Shown piece after piece: positions 23,875 to 37,004 of a stretch of DNA of 64,000 bases (its first letter is position 1; the number at the start of each line of letters is the position of its first letter). Both the position numbers and the translations under genes were made by a program. The notes under the pieces are model-generated. The model worked only from the letters and a program-made list of their open reading frames with translations. It did no database searches and had not been told where the DNA came from. This DNA is from Mobula hypostoma (taxonomy: Eukaryota): NCBI RefSeq assembly GCF_963921235.1, contig NC_086100.1:204602001-204666000 (forward strand), given 5' to 3'.

Positions 23875-25821
23875 GAGTTAACGCAGACACACCTGAAGAA
23901 TGCGTGCTTAGTCGACTGCTGCACGATCTGTCATGTTTGTATATCTAAACGTAGCTGCAAGATTTCTGCTGTATTCGCATGTTCATATGGAATTTTTGTT
24001 GTTACAATCTCAGCTGAAGGCGAAAATTGCAAAATCTTGCAAAATTTCATGGACGTGCATGTAAGTCACGTGAGCCCTTTCCCCGCTCCCTTTTTACCGC
24101 AGATCTGCCTTGTTTCCGAGGTTCCGCGCCCAGCTCTGATGACATAAATTACAGTCCTGATTTTCCTTCAGTTATGTGTTGAAGCGGGTCGGCGGCGGAG
24201 GCGGATCGTCTGTAGGATCCGGATTGGGAGACGACCATCACCCCCAGAGTCGGGAGTCGGGGGGAGGGTTCACTGTCCAGGCGTGAAAACAAGTTCTCAT
24301 CGCTGAGTACTGAGGCTGGTCCCGAGTGTGGACGTCTGATGTAAGGTAGTGCATCCAGTTAACTTCCCCGATCTAGCGGCCTCTCTGCGCTTTCTGGACA
24401 GAACCTTGCGGTGTCGGTCTGTGTTGTGGGACCTTCATAACATACGGACTGAGATGAGCCGCCGCTCAACCCCTCTTTCCCTGGTCCTAAGAATGTGATG
24501 GGATGGCGATGCCGAGACTTCACACATCCGTTGAGGTTTATCCCGGGAACTTTACCTTCATCACCCAGTACCGTACCGGGTCAAAACTCCACTTGGATCG
24601 ATAGCCGGTGTCTACAATTGTTTTACATCATTCCAGGGCACAAGAAGCAGCCCTTCCACCTGTTCTGTTCTTGCAGACAGAGAAGGTTAAACCGAGTAAT
24701 CGCACCTTCGGGACACTGCTCCATCTGCCTGAGTAGATCCACCTTTCGCCGGTTCAGAAAAGGCAGTGAGATCAAGATCTCTCACGGCCTTTCGTTTTGT
24801 GTGGCCATCGTTCAGTTTATTTTTGTTAACTCCATGCCAGTATTCTGCCTTGCCGAAGTGCAGCCAATGTTTTCGTTTTTATAACCCCAATAAATGCGAG
24901 AAATAAACCTCTTCCATTTATCTGAGCTTCTCAAAAGTTTGTAAACTTCAGTTAAACCTTCCTTCAACAGGTGTTGCATATCAGCCACACAGATCAATAC
25001 ATTGCAACAGTACACTGAGCTGATATAAGGAAAAACAATAACAGAGGGTAAGAGAGCGTTATGGTTGCAGTGAGAGTGCAGTGTACATCGAGTTAGACTG
25101 TGAGATCAAGAGTCCAACTTATCACGGTGGGAACATTCAATGTGCAAACTGGAAAGTTCCCTGGAGCCTGGTGCTATGTGCTTTTAATGTAATTTTAAAT
25201 CTTCGACTCGGCTGAGAAGAGAGAATATCGAGGGTTATGATGATCTTTGATGCTGTCAGCTTTACCGATGCAATGGGAAGTGCAGTCACAGTTCAGGGAG
25301 GGGAGTCTGGTTTCTGTCATGTACGCAGCTGTACCCACAGTTTTCTGCAGTTCCTTTCAGTCAAGGGTAGAGTGGTAGACTTATAAAGTCGTTATGTATC
25401 CGGATGGGATATTTTCTTTGGTTTTTTGATAAGGTTTGGGAAGGGGCAATGTACCTAAGCCAAAGTTAATGTTGTGTGATCGAGGTTTGTCATTTTAGGA
25501 TCTTTTTCCATCCTATTATTCAGTAGCCGTGTTTTGCTGAATGACCACCAGTGATTGTCCTTGATCCCTCACCCACATGGTTCCATCTCCTCATTCACTC
25601 ATATCTTGTGAAACCTCTCTCCAGCCAGTGTGTTCCCACCTCAATGATGGACAGTATATCAGTAAAATTTCATCTAACATTTGACTTCAATGTGAAGTAT
25701 TAGCTTGCACTCTTTATCTAACTGATGTATCCAGGATTCGTTCTATGTTAGCTAGACCTACCAGAGGTTTAATTGAATGCAGCACCTGGTAGTGTAAGAG
25801 CTACAAGCTTCCAGCCAAGGT

Positions 25822-28278
25822 CATAGAACATAGAACATAGAATAGTACAGCACCATCCACTCTCTGAGTAAAAAACCTTACTCTAATATCCCCTTTGAAC
25901 TTCCAACCCCTTACCTTAAAGCCATGTCCTCTTGTACTGAGCAGTAGTGCCCTGGGGAAGAGGCGCTGGCTATCCACTCTATCTAATCCTCTTATTATCT
26001 TGTACACTTCTATCATGTCTCCTCTCACCCTCCTTCTCTACAAAGAGTAAAGCCCTAGCTCCCTTAATTTCTGATCATAATGCATACGCTCTAAACTAGG
26101 CAGCATCCTGGTAAATCTCCTCAGTACCCTTTCCAATGCTTCCACATCCTTCCTATAGTGAGGCGACCAGAACTGGACACAGTACTCCAAGTGTGGCCTC
26201 ACCAGAGTTTTATAGAGCTGCATCATTACATCGCGACTCTTAAACTCTATCCCTCGACTTATGAAAGCTAACACCCCATAAGCTTTCTTAACTACCCTAT
26301 CCACTTGTGAGGCAACTTTCAGGGATCTGTGGACATGTACCCCCAGATCCCTCTACTCCTCCACAATACCAAGTATCCCACCATTTATTTTGTACTCTGC
26401 CTTGGAGTTTGTCCTTCCAATGTGTACCACCTCACACTTCTCTGGGTTGAACTCCGTCTGCCACTTCTCAGGCCACTTCTGCATCCTATCAATGTCTCTC
26501 TGCAATCGTCAACAATCTTCTACACTATCTACAACACCACCAATCGTTGTGTCGCCTGCAAACTTGCCAACCCACCCTTCTAGCCCAAATCAAGGTCGTT
26601 AATAAAAATCACGGAAAATAGAGGTCCAAGAACAGATCTTTTTGGGACACCATTAGTCACAATCCTCCAATCTGAATATACTCCCTCCACCACGACCCTG
26701 TGCCTTCTGCAGGCAAGCCAATTCTGAATCCACCTGGCCAAACTTTCCTGGATCCCATGCCTTCTGACTTTCTGAATAAGCATACCGTGTGGAAACTTGT
26801 CAAATGCCTTACTAAAATCTATATAGATCACATCCACTGCACTACCCTAATCTATATCCCTGGTCACCTCCTCAACGAACTCTATCAGGCTTGTTAGACA
26901 CGATTTGCCCTTCACAAAGCCATGCTGACTGTCCCTGATCAGACCATGATTCTCTAAATGCCCATAGAATCTATCTCTAAGAATCTTTTCCAACAGTTTT
27001 CCCACCACAGACGTAAGGCTCAGTGGTCTATAATTACCCGGACTATCCCTACTACCTTTTTGAACAAGGGTACAACATTCGCCTCCCTGCAATCCTCCAT
27101 TCCCGTGGACAACGAGGACATAAAGATCCCAGCCAGAGGCTCAGCAATCTCTTCCCTCGCCTCGTGGAGTAGCCTAGGGAATATTCCGTCAGGCCCCGGG
27201 GAATTATCTGTTCTAATGTATTTTAACAACTCCAACACCTCCTCTCCCTTAATATCAACATGCTCCAGAACGTCAACCTCACTCATATTGTCCTCACCAT
27301 CATCAAGTTCCCTCTCATTGGTGAATGCTGAAGAGAAGTATTCATTGAGGACGTCGCTCACTTCCACAGCCTCCAGGCACATCTTCCTACCTTTATCTCT
27401 AATCGGTCCTACCTTCCTTGTCATCCTTTTTTTCTTCACATAATTGAAGAATGCCTTGGGTTTTTCCTTTACCCTACTCGCCAAGGCCTTCTCATGCCCC
27501 CGTCTTGCTTTTCTCAGCCCCTTCTTAAGCTCCTTCTTGCTTCCCTATATTCCTCAATAGACCCATCTGATCCTTGCTTCCTAAACCTCATGTATGCTGC
27601 CTTCTTCCACCTGGCTAGATTTTCTACCTCACTTGTCACTCATGGTTCCTTCACCCTACCATTCTTTATCTTCCTCACCGGGACAAATTTATCCCTAACA
27701 TCCCGCAAGAGATCTCTAAACATCGACCACGTGTCCATAGTACATTTCCCTGCAAGAGCACCATCCGAATTCACACCTACAAGTTCTAGCCTTATAGCCT
27801 CATAATTTGCCTTTCCCCAATTAAAAATTTTCCTGTCCTCTCTAATTCTATCCTTTTCTATGATAATGATAAAGGCCAGGAAGCGGTGGTCACTGTCCTC
27901 CAGATGCTCACCCACTGAGAGATCTGTGACCTGACCCGATTCATTACCTAGTACTAGATCTAGTATGGCATACCCCCGAATCGGCCTACCTACATACTGT
28001 GACAGGAATCCATCCTGGACACACTTAACAAACTCTGCCCCACCTAAACCCTTAGAACTAATTAGGTGCCAATCAATATTAGGGAAGTTAAAGTCACCCA
28101 TGTTAACAACCCTGTTATTTTTGCACCTTTCCAAAATCTGCCTCCCAATCTGCTCCTCTGTATCTCTGCTGCTACCAGGGAGCCTATGGAATACCCGCAG
28201 TAGAGTAACTGCTCCCTTCCTGTTCCTGACTTCCACCCATACCGACTCAAAAGAGGATCCTGCTACATTACCCACCCT
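25822..28278 (-). mobile_element. CR1 LINE ORF2 (endonuclease to 3' tail), frameshifted, with a 3' internal deletion
   Basis: ORFs 27640..28326 (MGDFNFPNIDW, SDH), 27020..27484, 26580..26837, 26038..26304; (catagaa)n tail. Confidence 0.94.
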
Positions 28279-28289
28279 TTCGGGGAGAA

Positions 28290-28672
28290 GCATTTTATTT
28301 ATTATGTCTTCCGCAGGCGGATACATAGTGATCAGGGACGAGATTTCGAGAATAGACTGATGCCAGAGTTACTGAGCATGCCTGGAGTCGAGAGGTCGAT
28401 AATACGCCCGATCATCCGCAAGGTGATGCCCAGCCCGAGAGCTTTATTCGGATGTTGATAGATATGCTCGGAACCCGGGAGATCAGCAACAAGAACAAGT
28501 GGAATCAACATATGGGATACCCGCTCCATTACTACAACTGTACACGGAATGATACCAGCGGTTACTCGCCGTATTTTCTGATTTTTGGGCGGTTGGCGAG
28601 GTTGCCCATCATGTTTTGTTTTGCGTCTGGAGAGAAAGAACTACCAACGAATAATTAACTTAGGTATGTGCC
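28290..28672 (+). mobile_element. Gypsy integrase core fragment
   Basis: DQGRDFE..L, LIDMLGT..KNKW, HYYNCTRND.SGYSPYFLIFGRLARLP. Confidence 0.85.
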
Positions 28673-29194
28673 TGTGACGGGGTCCTGAAATACCTTTATA
28701 AACTGTGCTTTTGAAAAGAGAGAGAGAGAGAGGTACTCAACAACAGACACATTTTTAAAAAGGGAAAGAGAGAGTTATTTAATATCTTGCTTTTAGGAGA
28801 GAGAGAGATGAAGACTGCTTTGAGATGGTGTTATGATTTTTCGGCAGCATGTTTACATTTCTACAAGAACATGGCCTGCCTGGACATTCTTATACAGACA
28901 GAGAAGGGAGGAGCTGATTTTACAGACAGTTGGTACTCAGCACGGGGAGATAAATAGAAGGTCAGATGATAGACCTGAGACACATGATTTTGGACACTGA
29001 ATGAGCTTTGTTGTGCCCACAGAAAAAGTGGGTTTTGGAAGAACGATCAGGCGGATCGATCAGTGGCTCTCGCAGTGTGGAGAAGGTGTAACCGGTGGGG
29101 AGCTAGTTGTGTCTCCAACCCTCGCCTGGGTTGATAACTCCACCACAGAAGAACGGTCCCCTTTGTTGTGGTCACAGTCGGTGACTTTTAAAAG

Positions 29195-32100
29195 TGCAAG
29201 GGTTACTTCTTTTATGTTACTGCGTAGGCTAACTAAAATGGCTTCTTTGTTATGTTATAATTAAAATGGCTTCTATGTTATGACAAATGCCGAGAAAGTT
29301 CTCTCGCTAGCAGCTTGTTTGGGTTATAGTATTGATAATAGAGCGAATGAAACAATGGGTCTCCATGCTATTCTTTATTATATGTCTGTAAGCTATTGTG
29401 ATGCGCGGGTTTTGGGCAGAAGGCGCGATGGACGGAGAGAAAATGGACAAGATGCTGTGAGCTGCCTAACGGGTCGGACCCCGAGCAGGAGTCCGAAGTC
29501 CAGGGTCTTCAGCGAGGGGAGGAGATGGAGACAGACTAGTTTGGACCGTCTGGTCGATCACCGTGGTTGCTCCCAGGCGGCAGGTCGAGGTGGTCAGAGG
29601 GGATCGAATGGTGAAGAGAGGATCGTTACTAGAGCTCCAACTGTTTGTGCACAAAGAGACTGAACTTTGATAAGTGTGGCTCCTTTTATTTTCCTTTTAT
29701 ATTTTATCTCTATTAATTATATAGTTCCAGTAATATCTATAAACTGTAATTCGTTTAATCGTATATGGTGTATTATCTATTATATGGCGGGGTGGGGTAC
29801 ATCACACAGCATCCACACAAACTTAATTACCCAGTCTGGCGGGGCCGAGGGCTGTTTCCCTAGACGACAGCGAGTTGAGCGACCCTAAGGCTTGTTAGGG
29901 GGCTTACATTTGAGGGCTTTCGCCCGTATTGGATTCAGTGGTGTGCTGTGTGGTTGCCCTGTATAAATCTGTAATGTGTGTCTCTGTGGGTTATTTGCTG
30001 GTTATTGCTGCATGCGTGGTGGATGAGGTCTTTGCTCGCGTTCAGACTATCGAAGACGAGTTGGTGGTGGGACTCGGGGCTGTCCATGCTGTTGGGAGAG
30101 AGAGGAATGAGTGACCCGATTCGGTAGTAGTGTCTGCGAATAAATACTCCAGCTCTGGCAGGCTCCGCCTGTCTTTTGGGATATTGCCCACCCCAAAAGG
30201 GGCGGAGGCGTGCGAGACGTGGGCGGAGCGGATCTCTCAGTTGTTAGGTGACTGGCAGTGCTCGGTTGAGGGAGAGCGACGGGGATTGGTTGTAATTTTG
30301 AGTAGGTGGGCTGTTGACGGTGTTAGAACTGTCAGGTTCAATTACCCTATAGTGACAGCTGCCAGTTATCTGAAAGAGGGGAAAACGTTTTCAGTGTATC
30401 TTCTCTGGCTAAGAGGGCAGCTAAATTGCTTGCAGTGCCAGGGGTATCATTTTAGGGGATCAGCCCCTCCCTAAGTTGTTCAGCTCATCAGAGATGTATC
30501 GGGAAAATTAGTGGAGCCCAGTGGGGAAACAGCTTGGGGTCTCTGGGGGAGCACATTCCCAGCAATGTACCAAGGCACTTCTGAAAGGAAAAGACCCTAT
30601 TCCTGAAGGCTTAGAAGGACCACGCCCCAGAGTGTCGTTACGGATAGATGGAAGCGATGCTAAAGCCATCCTGGACACCGGGGTGCAGGTCAAGTTGTTG
30701 TATAGTTCGTTTTACAACCGGTGTCTTAAGTATTTACCCTTGAGAGCCGTAAGGGCACCGGAGATTTGGGGTACCAGTGCCAGTAGTTATCCAGAAGATG
30801 ATGATTGGTTAGTGACCCTGGAGTTCATGGGTGCATTGTATGGGCACCCAGCGTGTCGAGCTACTTCTGAGGACGTGTGTAGCAGCCTTGGGCTGGTACC
30901 GAATTTAATTGTGGTACGGCCTGGGGGAAGTATCTGAGGGTGAGATCCTCTTAGGAATCGCTTCGAAATACCACGAGGGAGGGGAGTTGACCGCTGAAGA
31001 CACCTCGGTGAGAGAGAGGTCGCGGCGACTGGACCCTGTAGCCGTGGAAGACATAGGCAGCGTGTGTGTGGATTATAGGACCCTGAACAGGCGCAGTCTC
31101 ATTGACCAGAACACGGGCCTTAGGGCCAAAGACGCTTTTGATCTGTTTGTATGGTGCGGCGCAGTTTAATGTGCTGGGTCTGAGGAGTGGATGTTGCCAG
31201 ATCCCGACGAGTGAGGCCGATGAGGAGAAGACGGCCGTTATTGGTTCCCTAGGATTCTTCCATTCCGAAAAGATGCCACAGGGTATATCCAGAGCCCCTG
31301 CAACCTTCCCGCGGGGCATGAGGAAGACCATGGGAGAACTGAAGGTGTGTGGATTTTTGGCGTATGTGGATGACCGCCTAGAGCTTGGATTCGCCTGGGG
31401 GGACTATGAGGCGAGGCGAGTGGCTAACCCGGTCGAAAAAGAGTTAAAGAATTAAAATTTTCTTTCGACAAGTGCCAGGACTGGAGAGAGAGGCAATCGG
31501 AGAAAAATGACCCGACATACCAGTTGAACATCCTGGTGTTGGAACAGACGGTGGTGGACCTGGGGAGGGAAACCCAGGTCGTCAATCGGAATGAGACACT
31601 GGGGAGAGAGGGGACGACCCCTGAAGAATTGGAGTGCACGCTCGTGAAAGTGGAGACAGAACAACGGGATTCCGAGCCGACACTGCGGTCATGTACTGAT
31701 GAATTAATCCAGCGAGAAGAAACAATGACCCACCTTCGAAAGGATCAGCAGAAACTCAAAACATCGATCCAGAAAAGATTGGAAGACTTACAAGTTGGGG
31801 AAGACCTAGGAAGCTGTCTGACTAGGGCCAACAGAAAACCGAGAGCCCAGGGAGGCGAATTTGACTACACTCCCGAGAAGGTGAAGCAATTGAGGACAGA
31901 TCTCGGAAAAGGGAAGCGGACGCTTGAAAGGAACCTGAAGATGACTATCGACAGTTTAATTGAAGTGCAAGAACTGAAAGTTGACCTGGAAGAAGTCATC
32001 AGGAAGAAAAGAACTGGAGGCTGAACATTCTTTAACTGCTGCTTTTCAGGTCAGGGTGGAAGAAGTTGGTGGGGTAACTGCGTCCCAGAGTGAGATGGCC

Positions 32101-33380
32101 AAGAACCCAGAGTCAGAGCTGCTGAGGCTGTGGCGAGAGTTGGAGCAAATCAAAACGCAGCTATCGATCGAGGAAATGTTGAAAAATACGGATTCCAATG
32201 TTGATCTGCTGGAAATGTGGTACATGCTGCCTTTCGCGAACGTCCCCATGATTGAGGAAGAGACCTTTGGCCCTTCTCCCACTGAGTCAGGTGTAGTGGG
32301 GAGGGCTAGCTGTGGGCAGCCTGTGTTACAGCAGGACCAGGAAGGAAAATAAGCGGGGCCCCGGAAACGGGACAGGGGATTCCGAGTTGCAGTGGAGGAT
32401 TGAGAGAGAATTTGGCAAGGGACCCGAGGTATCCTCCGTAGTGTCCGAGCCTTAAGGATTTAGGTGAGGGGGTACGGAGGTCTCGTAGGATTAGGAAACT
32501 TCCAGCTAAGTTGGCCTATGTAGCGCCCGTGGGACGGGCGTAAGGTCCACACTTTGCGGTGCAATGTCACAGTGTGTACCTGGATTGGGATTTTGTGTCT
32601 GCAGGAACGGTTGGCGAGTTATTTAGAAGCCATGAAGACATGACTTTATTTGGTGGGGGGAGAATGTAAGGGGTTTCTTCTTTTATGTTACTGCGTAGGC
32701 TAATTAAAATGGCTTATTTCTTATGTTATAATTAAAATGGCTTCTTTGTTCTGTTAAATGCTGAGAAAGTTCTCTCGCTAGCAGCTTGTTTGGGTTATAT
32801 TATGGATAATAGAGCGGCTGAACCAATGGGTCTCCATGTTATTCTTTCTTGTATGTCTGAAGCTATTGTGATGCGTGGGTTTTGGGGCAGAAGGCGCGAT
32901 GGACGGAGAGAGAATGGACAAGGTGCTGTGAGCTGGCTAATGGGGTCGGACCCCGAGCAGGAGTCCGAGGTCCAGGGTTTTCGGCGAGGGGAACAGACAG
33001 AGACAGACTCGTGTGGACCGTCTGATCGACCACCGTGGTTGCTCCCAGGCGGCAGGTCGAGGTGGTCAGAGGGGATCGAATGGTGAAGAGAGGATCGTTA
33101 CGAGAGCTCCATCTGTTTGTGCACAAAGAGACTGAACTTTGATAAGTGTGGCGCCTTTTATTTTCCTTTTATATTTTATCTCTGTTAATTATATGGTTCC
33201 AGTAATACCTATAACCTGTAAATCATTTAATCGTGTCTGGTTTATTGTCTGTTATTTGGGCGGGGTGGGGTACATCACACAGCATCTACACAAACTAATT
33301 ACCCAGTCTGGCGGGGCCGAGGGCTGTTTCCCCAGACGACAGCGAGTTGAGCGACCCTGAGTCTTGTTAGGGGGCTTACA
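29195..33380 (+). mobile_element. Complete non-autonomous Gypsy LTR element: PNMA-like gag, protease, RT, captured myosin rod, pol C-tail
   Basis: LTRs 29195-29908 and 32665-33380, TSD AAAG, PPT 32652-32664, degenerate tRNA-Pro-like PBS near 29911; gag [18 protein letters not shown]; protease [32 protein letters not shown]; no RNase H or integrase. Confidence 0.92.
31479..32190 (+). pseudogene. Transduced, intronless sarcomeric myosin heavy-chain rod (S2/hinge) fragment, MYH16-like
   Basis: Colinear myosin II rod segments: EKNDPTYQL; ELECTLVKVETE; QKRLEDLQVGED; KRTLERNLKMTIDSL.E....[42 protein letters not shown]. Isoform call is from memory only. Confidence 0.8.
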
Positions 33381-33504
33381 AAAGGAGTTCGTAGGACAGC
33401 AGGAAGATCGACTTCGGCAGCTCACCGGAAGACTGGAATCTCTCCCTCTCTCTCTCTCCATCACTACTCAACTAATACCACGAACTGAACTGAACTTTAC
33501 TCAT

Positions 33505-36500
33505 GCAACACACATCAAAGTTGCTGGTGAACGCAGCAGGCCAGGCAGCATCTCTAGGAAGAGGTACAGTCGACGTTTCAGGCCGAGACCCTTCGTCAGG
33601 ACTAATTGAAGAAAGAGTTAGTTAGAGATTTAAAAGTGGGAGGGGGAGGGGGAGATCCAAAATGATAGGACAAGACGGGAGGGGGAGGCATGGAGCCAAG
33701 AGCTGGACAGGTGATTGGCAATGGGGATATGAGAGGATCATGGGACAGGAGGCCCAGGGAGAAGGAAAAGGGGGAGGGGAAACCCAGAGGATGCGCAAGG
33801 GGTATAGTCAGAGGGAAAGAGGGAGAAAAAGAAGAGTGATAGAAGGTATGTGTATATTTAAATAACGGATGGGGTACGGGGGGAGGTGGGGCATTAGCGG
33901 AAGTTAGAGAAGTCAATGTTCATGCCATTAGGTTGGAGGCTACCCAGACGGAATAGAAAGTGTTGTTCTTCCAACCTGAGTGTGGCTTCATCTTTACAGT
34001 AGAGGAGGCCGTGAATAGACATGTCAGAATGGGAATGGGATGTGGAATTAAAATGTGTGGCCACTGGGAGATCCTGCTTTCTCTGGCGGACAGAGTGTAG
34101 GTGTTCAGCAAAGCGATCTCCCAGTCTGCGTCGGGTCTCGCCAATATATAAAAGGCCACATCGGGAGCACTGGACACAATATATCACCCCAGCCGACTCA
34201 CAAGTGAAGTGTTGCCTCACCTGGAAAGACTGCCTGGGGCCCTGAACGGTGGTAAGGGAGGAAGTGTAAGGGCATGTGTAGCACTTGATCCGCTTACGAG
34301 GATAAGTGCCAGGAGGGAGATCAGTGGGGAAGGATGGCGGGGGGCGGAGGGGGGGGGGCGAATGCACAAGGGTGTCGCGTAGGGAGCGATCCCTGCGGAA
34401 AGCAGAGAGAGTGGGGGAGGGAAAGATGTGCTTAGTGGTGGGATCCCGTTGGATGTGGCGGAAGTTACGGAGAATAATATGTTGGACCCGGAGGCTGGTG
34501 GGGTGGTAGGTGAGGATCAGGGGAACCCTATTCCTCGTGGGGTGGCTGGAGGATGGAGTGAGAGCAGATGTGGTGAAATAGGGGAGATGCGTCTGAGAGC
34601 AGAGTTGATGGTGGAGGAAGGGAAGCCCCTTTCTTTAAAAAAGGAGGACATCTCCCTCGTCCTGGAATGAAAAGCCTCATTCTGAGAGCAGATGAGGCGG
34701 AGGCGGAGGAATTACGAGAAGGGGATGGCATTTTTGCAAGAGACAGGGTGAGAAGAGGAATAGTCCAGATAACTGTGAGAGTCAGTAGGCTTATAGTAGA
34801 CGTCAGTAGATAAGCTGTCTCCAGAGATAGAGACAGAAAGATCTAGAAAGGGAAGGGAGGTGTCGGAAATGGACCAGGTAAACTTGAGGGCAGGGTGAAA
34901 GTGGGAAGCAAAGTTAATAAAGTCAAAGGGCTCAGCATGCGTGCAGGAAGCAGCGCCAAAGCAGTCGTCGATGTATGAAGGAAAAGTGGGGGACAGATAC
35001 CAGAGCAGGTAAGGAACATAGATTGTTCCACAAAGCCAACAAAAAGGCAGGCATAGCTCGGACCCATGCGGGTGCCCATAGCTACCCCTTTAGCTTGGAG
35101 GAAGTGGGAGGAGCCAAAGGAGAAATTATTAAGAGTAAGGACTAATTCCGCTAGACGGAGCAGAGTGGTGGTAGAGGTGAACTGATTAGGTCTGGAATCC
35201 AAAAAGAAGCGGAGAGCTTTGAGACCTTCCTGATGGGGGATGGAATTATATAGGAACAGGACATCCATGGTGAAAATAAAGCGGTGGGGGGTCAGGGAAC
35301 GTAAAATCATCGAAAAGTTTAAGAGCGTGAGAAGTGTCACGAACATAGGTGGGAAGGGATTGAACGGGGGGGGGAGAGGGGATAAAACCGTGTCGAAGTA
35401 TATAGAAACGAGTTCGGTGGGGCAGGAGCAAGCTGAGACAATATGTCTGCCAGGACAGGCAGGTTTGTGGATCTTGGGTAGGAGGTAGAAACGGGAAGTG
35501 CGGGGTGTGGGAACTATGAGGTTGGTAGCAGTGGATGGGAGATCCCCTGAGCGGATAAAGTCGGTGATGGTGTGGGAGACCATGACCTGGTGCTCCTTAG
35601 TGGGGTCACGATCGAGGGGTAAATAAGAGGAGGTATCCGCGAGTTGTCGCTGTGCCTCGGCAAGGTAGAGGTCAGTACGCCAGACTACAACAGCACCCCC
35701 TTTATCGGCGGGTTTAATAGTAAGGTTAGGATTGGTGCGGAGGGAGTGGAGAGCAGAGCGTTCGGAAAGAGTGAGGTTGGAATTGGAACAAGGTGTGGTG
35801 AAGTCGAGACGGTTGATGTCCCGTCGGCAGTTAGCAATAAAGAGATCCAGGGCAGGCAGAAGACCCGTGTGGGGTGTCCATGAAGAGCAGGAGGGTTGAA
35901 GACGGGAGAAGGGGTCATCGGTGGGGGTGGAAGAGTCCTCGCCGAAGAAGTAGGCTCGGAGACGGAGCCGGCGGAAGAAGAGTTCCGCGTCATGGCGAAC
36001 GCGGAACTCGCTGAGGTGTGGGCGAAAGGCGACAAAGGTGAGGCCCTCAGCGTTCTGTCTCAGACAGTTGAAGGTCGGAGGGGATGGTAAAGACCCGGCA
36101 CGGAGTAGAGCTGGGATCAGAGGGGGGAGGGGGGAGGGGGGAGGGTGGGGGTGTCAGTGGAGACGGAAGGTTTGGGGTGAGAGGAAGATGGGAGCCTCTG
36201 AGGGCCCAGGAGCTGACGATGGGATCTGAGGGAGACGGGGTTGCAGACTTGTGGTGGGGGAAGGGGAGACGGGAGTCACAATAGCAGCACATGAAGACCC
36301 GGCCTGGAGTTCAAGGCTGGAGTCGCAGTTGGTGGTTACGCAATCGCTTTGAAGGTGTCCATGGTAGTTGCTAGAGTCCGGGTTTTGAATATGCCCTGAG
36401 GTGTTGGAACCGGAGAGATCAATGGCAGCGGCGGCAATCTGAAGTTCATGCCTGCTGGCGTCCGGGCCAGCAGGCTCTGGGGTCTGCAAATGTAGGATCT

Positions 36501-36690
36501 TGCGGTCATTGCCTAACATGACAAAGTCAAAAAAAGGGCGATTGCAGGCATGGATCCGACGGAGGATGAAATAACGGGTGGGACCATTACAGACGGCGAA
36601 GAAAGTGTCCCGAAGGTGTGGAAGGGTCTGGGATAGGGACACCAAATACCTTCTCATGGCGGAGAGGGTCGCCTTCAGAGCTTGACGGCA
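33505..36690 (-). mobile_element. Penelope-like element (RT + GIY-YIG endonuclease), 5'-truncated and frameshifted
   Basis: RT FYLLPKIHK, GVAMGTRMGPSYA (34843..35583); GIY-YIG VIYCVQCSRCGLLYIGETRRRLGDRFAEH (33894..34367); 13-bp TSD at 33492-33504 and 36691-36703. Confidence 0.94.
33568..33603 (-). ncRNA. Minimal type I hammerhead ribozyme in the PLE terminus
   Basis: AGUC-CUGACGA-AGG(gucucgg)CCU-GAAA-C-GUC-GACU: intact core, stem I AGUC/GACU, stem II AGG/CCU, palindromic minimal stem III (ACGU). Confidence 0.85.
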
Positions 36691-37004
36691 GAACTTTACT
36701 CATCACCGTAAGACTATCTATTTACCCCTAGACTTGAAGAAGCTTGGTTTTCATATATTTCCACACTTACCGATATACTTACTTATGTAAAGTCATTGCT
36801 TACCTGTTTGATTTATCTAAATTTATATCACTGTATTGCGTAGTTACTAATAAATATCATCAGTTAATTGCGATAGTGGACTCCAAAGTGTTTTCCATTT
36901 CTGCTGGTTCTTTAACCCATCACGGGGTACGTGACAAACTACACAAACAAAGTGGACAACTCCTGAGCTAATCGATGATTTGTCCATGATCACGTAGAAA
37001 GAAA

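Larger units (their letters stand above)
28673..36936 (+). mobile_element. LTR split into three pieces (28673-29194, 33385-33504, 36704-36936) by two later insertions
   Basis: TGTGACG...CGTGACA termini; pieces rejoin at TSDs AAAG and GAACTTTACTCAT to about 875 bp; AATAAA in the last piece. Confidence 0.75.

Noticed and set aside
30130..30474. Host PNMA-family gene
   Set aside because: Lies inside paired LTRs and is internally deleted; it is the element's gag
31524..32024. Genuine host myosin gene exons or an env-like coiled coil
   Set aside because: Intronless, internally deleted and embedded between RT and the pol tail within LTRs; no signal peptide or transmembrane segment as expected for env
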